Positions 25,988 to 33,660 of a stretch of 34,895 nt of DNA are shown here, in pieces (position 1 is the stretch's first letter; each line of letters begins with the position of its first letter). Position numbers and translations under genes: made by a program. Location of the stretch: IMG/VR virus record IMGVR_UViG_3300025534_000023, positions 1 through 34,895 of that record; one strand, 5' to 3'. The DNA is from a virus. Lineage: Duplodnaviria; Caudoviricetes. The notes below the pieces were generated by a model. It saw nothing but the letters and a program-made list of their open reading frames with translations. It made no database searches and was not told where the DNA came from.

Positions 25988-26853
25988 GACCGCCACGCCT
26001 CCAGCCCCTTGCAGTTGGCGCAAATCCGGTTGTGCGCGCCCTCGCTCTCGAACGGCTTGCGGCAGCAGAGGCAGGGCCGGAGCGTCAACTGCCGCTTCCG
26101 CGGCGCCTGGCCGCCATACTTGCGCCCCGCCTCGATCCCCGACATGCGCCGCGCGTGCCGGACGGTGGCCGTTGTCATCTCGCCGCCGATGTGCTGGGCG
26201 ATCTCCGAATCGGAGTGCCCCTCGCTCGCCAGCCGGAGGATCGTGTCGAGATGCTGGCGCCATCCGGAACCGTCGCGCGACAGCGGCGAACGGCCGGGCC
26301 GCATCGCCCGCCGGGCCCTCTGCAGCGCGGAAGCGACCGCGAGGGCGCCGCGCTGCAACTCGCCGGCAATGGTGCCTGTGGTCCAGCCCGCTGCCGCCAA
26401 TTCCAGCGCGCGGGCGATCTCCTCCGGCGTCCACGGCTCCCGGTCGCGCCCATATTTCGGCTGCGCAGCGCCGCGCGGCGCGGGGCCTGGCGCCCGCTTC
26501 GGGACCGGGATGCCCTTGGCGGCCATCTGCCGGAGCTTGTCCTGCACCGCGCTCCAGCTCCGGCCGACAACGGCGCCTATCTCTTGATAGGTTGCGCCGG
26601 CCCTGCGCATTCGGAGCGCCGTCTCCTCGTCGGCCGGCGCCCAAGCACACCCGCGTCCTCCGCGCCGCGAAAAAGCCGCCGCCGAGGCCGGAACCCCGGC
26701 GGCGCAGTTTGGGGAGGAAACGTCCAACGGCGCACAGTCAGCCGCATCGCGGCCTTGGGCGGCGCCACGCCCAAGCTCGATGGTGGCGGCCGGGGTCACC
26801 GGGGGATGACATGCCCCGGCCGCCACAGCGCGCTGCTGTGGAGCCGCGCGCAT
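25984..26853 (-). CDS. Triple-HTH plus zinc-ribbon protein (start uncertain)
   Basis: Three W-led HTH units (WAPADEE, WTPEEI, WRQHLD) and CLCC..F.SEG.HNRICANC. Confidence 0.68.
   Translation of the reverse strand: MRAAPQQRAVAAGACHPPVTPAATIELGRGAAQGRDAADCAPLDVSSPNCAAGVPASAAAFSRRGGRGCAWAPADEETALRMRRAGATYQEIGAVVGRSWSAVQDKLRQMAAKGIPVPKRAPGPAPRGAAQPKYGRDREPWTPEEIARALELAAAGWTTGTIAGELQRGALAVASALQRARRAMRPGRSPLSRDGSGWRQHLDTILRLASEGHSDSEIAQHIGGEMTTATVRHARRMSGIEAGRKYGGQAPRKRQLTLRPCLCCRKPFESEGAHNRICANCKGLEAWRS
26670..26703 (-). terminator. Possible intrinsic terminator
   Basis: GCCGCCGGGG-TTCCGG-CCTCGGCGGC, then GGC and TTTTT. Confidence 0.5.
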
Positions 26854-26854
26854 C

Positions 26855-26959
26855 TCAGTACGAGTCCCAACTGTCATCGCCCGCCCGCCAAAGCGCGACG
26901 AAGGCGCAGCCGACGAAGACCAAGGCGAGCAGGAGGATGGAGTGGATGAGGAGGGTCAT
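26855..26959 (-). CDS. Small membrane peptide (34 aa)
   Basis: MTLLIHSILLLALVFVGCAFVALWRAGDDSWDSY; AGGAG close upstream. Confidence 0.5.
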   Translation of the reverse strand: MTLLIHSILLLALVFVGCAFVALWRAGDDSWDSY

Positions 26960-26964
26960 GGCTC

Positions 26965-27204
26965 CTACCCGCGGATGGTCTTGGCGACGCGCTCTTGGCG
27001 CGCACGCTCCCACTGCTCGACCTCATTGGTCCGGATCACCTGCCCACGGGCGCGCATCCAGCAGCGTGTGGTCCACGCCTGGACGCGCAACTCAAGGGCA
27101 GTGACGGCCTCCACCTGCGCGTGGCTCCTACGCCGCAGCCATGCTAGGAGAAACACCACGCGCAGCCCGACGTGCGCGAGCACCCGGTTTATCGTCCGCT
27201 GCAA
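26965..27204 (-). CDS. Hypothetical basic protein (79 aa)
   Basis: Fits the operon; overlaps upstream ORF. Confidence 0.4.
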   Translation of the reverse strand: MQRTINRVLAHVGLRVVFLLAWLRRRSHAQVEAVTALELRVQAWTTRCWMRARGQVIRTNEVEQWERARQERVAKTIRG

Positions 27205-27529
27205 TCCCCTGCCCCCCCATCATGGCGCGCAGCATCGCTAGGCGATGCTCGGCTTCTGCCATCTCTCGCCGCAGCGCCGCCTGGCGTGCGGCTCGGAATG
27301 CCTCGATTTCCCACGCGGCAACCGCGGTCGGGCTGACCTCTCGGTGCCAGTACTGGCGCACCCGGCGCTCCGTGATGCCCAGCTCTCGCGCTGCCTCGTA
27401 GTAGGCCGCCGCCAGCCCCTTCCGGCGGTGACGCTCCACGGCGGCGACGACGATTTCCGTTGCCTCGTCCAGCAGCAGGCGCGCCAACCGCGCGCCCACA
27501 TTCTCGGGCGAGATACCCAAACAGGTCAC
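27128..27529 (-). CDS. HTH regulator at the CII position
   Basis: EAARELGITERRVRQYW HTH followed by a coiled coil. Confidence 0.65.
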   Translation of the reverse strand: MTCLGISPENVGARLARLLLDEATEIVVAAVERHRRKGLAAAYYEAARELGITERRVRQYWHREVSPTAVAAWEIEAFRAARQAALRREMAEAEHRLAMLRAMMGGQGIAADDKPGARARRAARGVSPSMAAA

Positions 27530-27818
27530 ATCATCCTCCCATTATGGTCCATCCCATGCACACGGACGGACCAACTGGAGAGACGGAGGCGCAGACAGGC
27601 GGCGGGGACGGCAATCCTCGCCGCCGCATTCATCCGGAGTGGTTCGTGATGCTGGCCGTGCTGCTCGGCGCCTACGCCATCGGCGGCCTGGCGCTGGCGG
27701 TGAGCTACTGGTGAGCGCATCAGGCCACGCCTCTCGGAGCGGCGGGCCGGACTCGTTGCGAATCCGACCCGCCGTGGCCCACCATGGGGGACGGGACAGA
27801 CCCCATGGAGGATTCGCC

Positions 27819-28067
27819 ATGACCGATGCCTGGGATGGCCAGGTATTCCGCGTGCACTACATCCTGACGCGCAGCGGCGTCGCATATCACGCCATCTCGG
27901 ACCTGATCTTCACCGACCATGGCCCGCTCCTGGTGCTGGAGTGGGACGGAGAAATCCCAGCCGTGACCGTGCAGCTTGATCTGCAAGGGCTTTCCGCGTT
28001 GCCGCCAGGAGCCGGGCCAGATTACCTCTATCAACACCCTGTCGCAGATCCGCGACTGTGGCATTGA
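27819..28067 (+). CDS. Hypothetical protein (82 aa)
   Basis: GGAGG 7 nt before ATG; globular composition; antisense to early operon. Confidence 0.6.
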   Translation: MTDAWDGQVFRVHYILTRSGVAYHAISDLIFTDHGPLLVLEWDGEIPAVTVQLDLQGLSALPPGAGPDYLYQHPVADPRLWH

Positions 28068-28181
28068 ACAGCGCCAGATGTTCCGGGCTGCTGCTGATGA
28101 TCGTCGTGCCGCTGCGGCGCGCAGATCGCGCCGGGGTGGGCAGCGCCAGCACCACCGCAGCGAACAGGCCCCGGCGGCGCA

Positions 28182-28400
28182 TCACTCCATACCCCCCTTC
28201 CCAGGCCGCGGCTTCCGATACGTCCCGACCCGCCGCACCACTGCGCGCCGGTCGCCGCGCTTGCGGGCTGCGCTGATCTGCTTGGAGACGGTCGATTGCG
28301 CGATGCCGATCTCGGCCGCGATGTCGTAGCTCGTGGCGCCCGACATCCACATGTCGAGGGCGCGATCCAGCCACTCCGGGATGCGGGGCGGGCGCGCCAT
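28182..28400 (-). CDS. Small HTH protein (72 aa)
   Basis: WMSGATSYDIAAEIGIAQSTVSKQI; AGGAGG upstream. Confidence 0.75.
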   Translation of the reverse strand: MARPPRIPEWLDRALDMWMSGATSYDIAAEIGIAQSTVSKQISAARKRGDRRAVVRRVGTYRKPRPGKGGME

Positions 28401-28402
28401 GG

Positions 28403-28705
28403 TCAGGCGCCCTCCTGGGTGGACGGCGCGAACTCGTCGGGCCTCAACTCATGAAGAGGGATACCAGTCGCACGATGGGGGGCAGCGGCCCGCCTCGCAC
28501 GCCTGCGGCCAGCCCGAATGGACGCAAGATGCTCCAACGTGATGCGAGCTTCCCGCTCTGCACCAAGGTCCACTATCGCCGCCCAATGCTCAGGCGGAAT
28601 GCTGCCCCGGCGGCGCCAGTGGGTGACGGTGTTCGGATTGGTGCCGACGCGCGCGGCTACCGCCCCGTCTCCGCCGCACGCCTTGATGATCTCTGCAACG
28701 TCCAT
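28403..28705 (-). CDS. Cro-like repressor
   Basis: IIKACGGDGAVAARVGTNPNTVTHWRRRGSIP; divergent from the XRE repressor. Confidence 0.8.
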   Translation of the reverse strand: MDVAEIIKACGGDGAVAARVGTNPNTVTHWRRRGSIPPEHWAAIVDLGAEREARITLEHLASIRAGRRRARRAAAPHRATGIPLHELRPDEFAPSTQEGA

Positions 28706-28714
28706 GGCGGCCTG

Positions 28715-28743
28715 ATAATCATGGCATTTTGCCACAGAGTCAA
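28715..28743 (-). promoter_or_regulatory. PR-like sigma70 promoter with operator
   Basis: TTGACT-17 nt-GATTAT; operator TGGCATTTTGCCA (28722-28734) lies in the spacer. Confidence 0.72.
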
Positions 28744-28793
28744 GCGGATATCTGCCAATGGCGCTGAGGCGGCCTCAAGCCGATTTTGGCATT

Positions 28794-29183
28794 ATGTCCA
28801 GACAGGCTAGGCCAGAGGGCTTCACCCTCGTTCAAGCGGGGATCGGCGAGCGGATCAGGTGGGTTCGGGAGATGCTCATCCCGAACCGCTCCGAGGCTGC
28901 CCGCCTGCTGGGAATGGACCCCTCTACTCTCTCTAAGATCGAGAGTGGCGACCGGCCACCCAGCATCTTCAATGTAATCGAGATCGCCAACCGGTTTCGG
29001 GTGTCCACCGACTTCCTGCTGCGCGGCCTGTTAATTGCGCAGACGGATCACGAGTTGGCATTGGCCCTCGCGGCTCAACACCCAGAGCTGGTGCTCCCGC
29101 GTGAATACACGGAGAGGGACACGGACACGGCCCCGGACGCCGGCAAATCTCATCCGCCCAGGAGACTGCCGCCAAGGGTTTAG
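28794..29183 (+). CDS. CI-like XRE repressor without peptidase domain
   Basis: IGERIRWVRE...EAARLLGMDPSTLSKIESGDRPP...FRVSTDFLL. Confidence 0.85.
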   Translation: MSRQARPEGFTLVQAGIGERIRWVREMLIPNRSEAARLLGMDPSTLSKIESGDRPPSIFNVIEIANRFRVSTDFLLRGLLIAQTDHELALALAAQHPELVLPREYTERDTDTAPDAGKSHPPRRLPPRV

Positions 29184-29516
29184 GCTTTGTCACGACGTTC
29201 CGCTCGCGCTCGCTCTCTCACCGTTCCGCGATCATGCCAGAACAGAATGAGAACCGAAAGGCGATTTGCGGCGCTCAGCATGTGAATCCTGGGGATAGTT
29301 TCCCATGACCTCGTCCTAACGCGCAGATTGAATACCGGGCGGAACCATACAACACGGGATCGTGAGAGGAACGCGAATTCGCGAACTATCCGCGTATCAA
29401 TCGAATTGGTCGCGAAAAAAATTCCTTGTGAATGCCGGGGGTTAGTGGTGGGTTCTCGCCGGTTCGGAACAATGTTGGGAGGATGCGGTGGCTGAGGGGG
29501 ACAGCGCCAAAGCAGC

Positions 29517-30020
29517 GTGGGGCGGACTGTGACGGCCGCGCAGGTCCGGGCGCTGGTGCGGTGCCGCAAGACGCAGACATCGAAGGCCACACCATGGTCA
29601 TCGGAGCCACTGCCGCCGAAGTACTCCGCCCTCACCAAGCAGCGACGTATGCCGCAGGGCACTGTTTGGCGCGCCGCTCTTGCCACAGGCCAGGGGCGCT
29701 TTTTCGTCGTCCAGGCGATCGTGCAACCAGCCTATGGAAACTGGCAGGCAACACTCATTATGCAGGGGCCGGATGGGCGCCGCGCCCTGGCGCGGCTGGA
29801 GGACCACGCCGACCATTCCGGGCTGCACGCGCATGCCTGGTGCGATGGCAAGGAGATACCCTTCGGCGGCCCCTCCATGGACCCACCCTCGCGCCTCCCC
29901 AGGACGCGAACACCACACCGCCGCGCCGGCATGCTATGGACCCAAGAGACGTTCTGGGTGATGGCCTGCCGGACCTTCGGTTTGGTCGGAGCCGACGTGG
30001 ACCAGGGAGCCCTGCTATGA
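29517..30020 (+). CDS. Hypothetical protein, partner of the DUF1828 gene (167 aa)
   Basis: LARLEDHADHSGLHAH His-rich motif; ATGA overlap with next gene. Confidence 0.7.
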   Translation: MGRTVTAAQVRALVRCRKTQTSKATPWSSEPLPPKYSALTKQRRMPQGTVWRAALATGQGRFFVVQAIVQPAYGNWQATLIMQGPDGRRALARLEDHADHSGLHAHAWCDGKEIPFGGPSMDPPSRLPRTRTPHRRAGMLWTQETFWVMACRTFGLVGADVDQGALL

Positions 30021-30820
30021 ATGCCGATCGGCTGCGTGAGGAGCTGTGTCGGGCGTTCTGCGCTGATCTGTCGGTGCGGCCAGTGCCCGCCGGGCTGGCG
30101 ATCAGTGGCACCTTCGAGGACGCCAGCGGCGATCCCATCCGTTGCTTCCTTGAGGAGCGCGACGGTCACTGGCGCCTTGTGGATGACGGCCAGTTCCTGG
30201 CGGACCTTGAGGGCCACGGCGTGGATGTCGAGAGGGGCGGCCGGGCGGACTACCTGCATCGGGTACTGGCCACCGCCGGCGCGGCAATCGACCCTGATGG
30301 GTTGCAGATTGCCACCCCAGCCCGTGCTGGCGTACCCGTGGGCGCGGATGTGATTCGCTTCCTGACTGCCCTTGTGCGCGCGCGTGATGTTGCGTTCTGG
30401 TCCAAGGAGCGGGTGCGCAGCACATTCAAGGAGGACGCAACGGCCGCGCTGACGCGTCTCTTGGGCGAGCGGGCAGACCTTACCGTAGATGCGGCCGTGC
30501 CCGGCTTTGAGGAATTCCCGGCCGATCTGCTAGTGCGCCCACGCGCTCCCGTGGGGACCATCACCGCTGTGTTCCTCGCGCAAAGCATTGATACGTTGAA
30601 CGAAGCGGTGATGCTGCGCCAGGAGACCTGGGTGAAGCGTCGGCCGGACATCCGCGTTGCCGCGGTGGTAGAGGATCGCGTGAACCTGAACCACGCCAAG
30701 GCAAAGCGCGCCCTGAACCGACTAGATGCGCTCGTCGCTTACTCGCCAGGTGACCAGGATGCGGCGCTCCATCAGGTCGAGAGAGTGGCGCTAGCGGAAC
30801 CCGCGCGCGCCATACATTAG
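30017..30820 (+). CDS. DUF1828-like domain protein (267 aa)
   Basis: ISGTFEDASGDPI...WRLVDDGQFL motif; C-terminal FKED..FPADLLV..AVF restriction-like fold. Confidence 0.75.
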   Translation: MNADRLREELCRAFCADLSVRPVPAGLAISGTFEDASGDPIRCFLEERDGHWRLVDDGQFLADLEGHGVDVERGGRADYLHRVLATAGAAIDPDGLQIATPARAGVPVGADVIRFLTALVRARDVAFWSKERVRSTFKEDATAALTRLLGERADLTVDAAVPGFEEFPADLLVRPRAPVGTITAVFLAQSIDTLNEAVMLRQETWVKRRPDIRVAAVVEDRVNLNHAKAKRALNRLDALVAYSPGDQDAALHQVERVALAEPARAIH

Positions 30821-30826
30821 CCCTGC

Positions 30827-30850
30827 CCCCGCCCACCGGCGGGGTTTTCT
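30827..30850 (+). terminator. Intrinsic terminator, copy 1 of direct repeat
   Basis: CCCCGCC-CACC-GGCGGGG-TTTTCT. Confidence 0.75.
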
Positions 30851-30856
30851 CTGCCC

Positions 30857-31186
30857 CTACTCCCCCGCCACCAGGTCCTCGATCCGCAGCCGCAGCGCCT
30901 TGGCCAGCCCGGCATAGAGGCGGACATCGCCCGTGCGCCGGCCGGTCTCGATCTGCGCCAGGTAGGGCTGGGTGACACCGACCGTTGCCGCCAGCGCGGC
31001 CTGCGTCAGCCCCCGCCGCCGCCGCCAGAAGGCGAGCGGGGTCGGCGCGGCCAGGTACTCGTCCATCTCGGCCTCGGTCAGCGTCTCCATCGCCCCGGTC
31101 GCCACGTCGCGCAGCGCCAGGGCGTGGTCCCGGGCGTCGATCAGGTCCTCATACTCCTGCCGGGTCAGTGTAACAGTCTCGCTCAT
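30857..31186 (-). CDS. XRE-HTH antitoxin (HigA-like)
   Basis: VTLTRQEYEDL N-terminus; WRRRRGLTQAALAATVGVTQPYLAQIETG HTH; downstream of toxin. Confidence 0.85.
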   Translation of the reverse strand: MSETVTLTRQEYEDLIDARDHALALRDVATGAMETLTEAEMDEYLAAPTPLAFWRRRRGLTQAALAATVGVTQPYLAQIETGRRTGDVRLYAGLAKALRLRIEDLVAGE

Positions 31187-31197
31187 ATTCGTGCTCC

Positions 31198-31446
31198 CTA
31201 GTCGTAAACGTCGCCGCGGGGGCCGATTTTCGTCACCAGGATCTCCGCCTCGGTTTCCTCGAAGATCACCCGGAAATCGCTCACCCGCAGGCGCTTGGCG
31301 CTGGAGCCGACCAGTTGCCGGATGTTGTTCGCGTGGGCGGTCTGGTCGGCCGCGTATTCGCCAATCGCCTTCCTGATCCGGGCCGCCATGTTCCCGTGGC
31401 GCTTCAGGCTCTTGGCGGCGTCAGCGGTGTAGCGGATCGGCTTCAT
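31198..31446 (-). CDS. RelE/HigB-family toxin
   Basis: IRYTADAAKSL...RLRVSDFRVIF...IGPRGDVY. Confidence 0.9.
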   Translation of the reverse strand: MKPIRYTADAAKSLKRHGNMAARIRKAIGEYAADQTAHANNIRQLVGSSAKRLRVSDFRVIFEETEAEILVTKIGPRGDVYD

Positions 31447-31494
31447 GCGGCATTTATAGCGATTAGCTATAATGCGCGCAATAGCAAAATGCTA
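31447..31494 (-). promoter_or_regulatory. Toxin-antitoxin promoter (leaderless) with palindromes
   Basis: TTGCGC-17 nt-TATAAA-6 nt-ATG; inverted repeats TTATAGC-N5-GCTATAA and TAGCA-N3-TGCTA. Confidence 0.7.
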
Positions 31495-31496
31495 TG

Positions 31497-31519
31497 CCCT
31501 GCCCACCGGCGGGGTTTTT
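31497..31519 (+). terminator. Intrinsic terminator, copy 2 of direct repeat
   Basis: CCCTGCC-CACC-GGCGGGG-TTTTT. Confidence 0.72.
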
Positions 31520-31548
31520 GTTGGGCGGGTGCTTGGGCTAGACACCTA

Positions 31549-31593
31549 TGGCATTTTGCCATTGACACGCTCCCGTATTGTGGCATTTTGCCA
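31549..31593 (+). promoter_or_regulatory. PL-like promoter with two operators
   Basis: TGGCATTTTGCCA at 31549-31561 and 31581-31593 flanking TTGACA (31562-31567). Confidence 0.8.
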
Positions 31594-31622
31594 CCCACAC
31601 CCCACCGGGAGGCCGTCACTCC

Positions 31623-32408
31623 ATGCAGCCCACCACCCCCACCCCATCGCCGGCGACTGTCCCCGTCGAGATCCGGTCCAGACAGGGACACGTACTGTTC
31701 TCCGCGCAGGTGGACGCCAGCATCCCTGCGCACAGCCGTATCAAGACGGCGTTGATGGCTGCGATTAAGGCCGGCGACAACCTGGCCGGCGCCTATTTGG
31801 CCGACGCCGACCTGGCCTACGCCGACCTGGCCGGCGCCAACCTGGCCGGCGCCGATCTGGCCGGCGCCTATTTGGCCGGCGCCGACCTGGCCCGCGCCAA
31901 CCTGGCCGGCGCCAACCTGACCGGCGCCTATTTGGCCGGCGCCGACCTGGCCTACGCCGACCTGGCCGGCGCCAACCTGGCCGGCGCCGATCTGGCCGGC
32001 GCCGATCTGGCCGGCGCCGATCTGGCCGGCGCCAATCTGGCCGGCGCCGATCTGGCCGGCGCCAATCTGGCCGGCGCCGATCTGGTCGGGGCCAAACTAC
32101 CGCACTTCCAGATCCCGCAAGACGGTAGCCTGACGGTCTGGAAGAAAGCGTCCGGCAAGCTCGTGAAGTTGCTGATCCCCACCGAGGCGAGGCGCACCGC
32201 CACGCTGATCGGCCGGAAGTGCCGCGCGGAATACGCGATAGTGCTGGAGGTTGAGGGCGGCAAGCCGGTCGAGAGCAACCTTGGCCACGTCATCTACGCG
32301 CCGGGCGAGACAGTGCGGTCGGACAGCTACGACCCGGACCCGCGCGTGGAATGCACGCACGGCCTGCACTTCTGGCTGACCCGCGAAGAAGCCGAGGAGT
32401 GGTACTGA
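31623..32408 (+). CDS. Pentapeptide repeat protein with DUF5758-like C-terminus
   Basis: About 20 A(D/N/Y)LAG units; GRKCRAEYA...[15 protein letters not shown]; GGGAGG upstream. Confidence 0.88.
   Translation: MQPTTPTPSPATVPVEIRSRQGHVLFSAQVDASIPAHSRIKTALMAAIKAGDNLAGAYLADADLAYADLAGANLAGADLAGAYLAGADLARANLAGANLTGAYLAGADLAYADLAGANLAGADLAGADLAGADLAGANLAGADLAGANLAGADLVGAKLPHFQIPQDGSLTVWKKASGKLVKLLIPTEARRTATLIGRKCRAEYAIVLEVEGGKPVESNLGHVIYAPGETVRSDSYDPDPRVECTHGLHFWLTREEAEEWY
31777..32098 (+). repeat. 15-bp tandem repeat encoding the pentapeptide repeats
   Basis: GCCGA(C/T)CTGGCCGGC-type units. Confidence 0.9.
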
Positions 32409-32409
32409 G

Positions 32410-32652
32410 ATGGACCGCTTCGACACAGACCCGCGCGAGAACTACCCCACGCGCCAGCAGCAGGCATCCGAGAGCATCGGTCGCCGGTGCGACGCCGCCT
32501 GGAAGCGGTTCTCCGCCGGCCTCGCCTGGCTGGAGGCTGAGTACAGCCGCCTCGGCTACGCGGACAACTCGCAGGACACGCTGGACGAAATCGATATGCG
32601 CGCGGCTGCCATCGAGGCGCTGCGGGCGCGGTGCGAGGGGAGGATTGCGTGA
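32410..32652 (+). CDS. Hypothetical protein (80 aa)
   Basis: Tightly packed in the early-left operon. Confidence 0.65.
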   Translation: MDRFDTDPRENYPTRQQQASESIGRRCDAAWKRFSAGLAWLEAEYSRLGYADNSQDTLDEIDMRAAAIEALRARCEGRIA

Positions 32653-32963
32653 TGACCTCCGAAGAGATGCAGAACCTCTCCACCATGCTGCGCGAAGCCG
32701 GACGCGGCGCTGGCCTCCCTCCGCAGCGCTGCATGCTGGCCGCTGACGTGGCGGCCGACCTGGCCGAGCAGGTGCGGCATCTGGAGAACGCGACTGCGCC
32801 GTGGAGGGTACGGGTTCTGCCGGAGCGCCTGCCGCCGAACGTGGTGCGGTTCGAGACTGCTGGATCGCTCCAGAGCCGGCGCATGGTCCGCGACCTGATG
32901 CTCTGGCCTGCTGCCGTGCTGGTGCCGATGGCGCTGGCGGCGCTGGCGGGAATGACGCCGTGA
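32652..32963 (+). CDS. Hypothetical protein with C-terminal membrane segment
   Basis: GAGG upstream; LPPNVVRF motif; hydrophobic end. Confidence 0.6.
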   Translation: MTSEEMQNLSTMLREAGRGAGLPPQRCMLAADVAADLAEQVRHLENATAPWRVRVLPERLPPNVVRFETAGSLQSRRMVRDLMLWPAAVLVPMALAALAGMTP

Positions 32964-33106
32964 CGACTGACCCCACCCGCGCGGTACTGCGCGCACGCAA
33001 TGCGCTGCACGCTGCCGAGCGCCAGCGTGCCGCAATCGCTCTGACTATGTGGCCGCTGCTGCTGATCCTGATCGCAGCGACGGTGTGCTGGTGGAGGGTG
33101 TTGTGA
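32960..33106 (+). CDS. Small membrane protein (48 aa)
   Basis: GTGA overlaps on both sides; hydrophobic C-terminus. Confidence 0.55.
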   Translation: MTTDPTRAVLRARNALHAAERQRAAIALTMWPLLLILIAATVCWWRVL

Positions 33107-33660
33107 GCCTCGAAGCCGAAGCCCACGCCGCGCTGCGGGATGCGTTGCGCGGTATCGAGCTCCCCGCCATCGACGCCGATGCCATGGCCGAGAGTGTCGC
33201 CGGGGCAAACAGTGATGCTGCGCGGCTCCTCCAGCATGTCGCGCGCGCCGCTGGGGCCAACGACCTGGACGGCGCCATGGCCGGTGCGGTCGCCGTGATC
33301 CTCGCCGCGGAGAGCGCCGCCAAGGCTCTCTCCGCGATCATGGACCGCATCGGCCAGCACCGCAGCGCCGCCGTCCAGGCCGCAGCGCAGGCACGCGCCG
33401 CGCTGGCGAAGGCCATGGCCGACACAGGCTGCCCGGCCGTGCTGACTGCGACGCACCGCGCCGATCCGTTGGAAGGTTCGGAGCGTGTCGAGGTCACAGA
33501 CCCGGCCCGGCTGCCGCTCTCGCTCTGGAAGCAGCCCGATCCGGAACCGGACAAGGCCGCAATCCGCAAGGCGCTCAAGAAAGGACCGGTGCCCGGCGCG
33601 GCGCTGGTCCGGGGTGCCCCATCCGTTCGCATCGCAATCCGTCAGGAGCAGGTTCGATGA
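33103..33660 (+). CDS. Gp157-like protein (185 aa)
   Basis: C-terminal VEVTDPARLP...PEPDKAAIRKALKKGPVPGAAL; precedes the annealase. Confidence 0.72.
   Translation: MSLEAEAHAALRDALRGIELPAIDADAMAESVAGANSDAARLLQHVARAAGANDLDGAMAGAVAVILAAESAAKALSAIMDRIGQHRSAAVQAAAQARAALAKAMADTGCPAVLTATHRADPLEGSERVEVTDPARLPLSLWKQPDPEPDKAAIRKALKKGPVPGAALVRGAPSVRIAIRQEQVR

Noticed and set aside
27557-27714. Plus-strand small membrane ORF (MHTDG...VSYW)
   Set aside because: Plausible hydrophobic helix but no clear RBS or other support
29432-30820. 462-aa ORF as given in the track
   Set aside because: The upstream extension overlaps the 167-aa gene; the ATGA junction points to a start at 30017
31777-32098. CRISPR-like array
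   Set aside because: Contiguous in-frame 15-bp coding repeats without unique spacers
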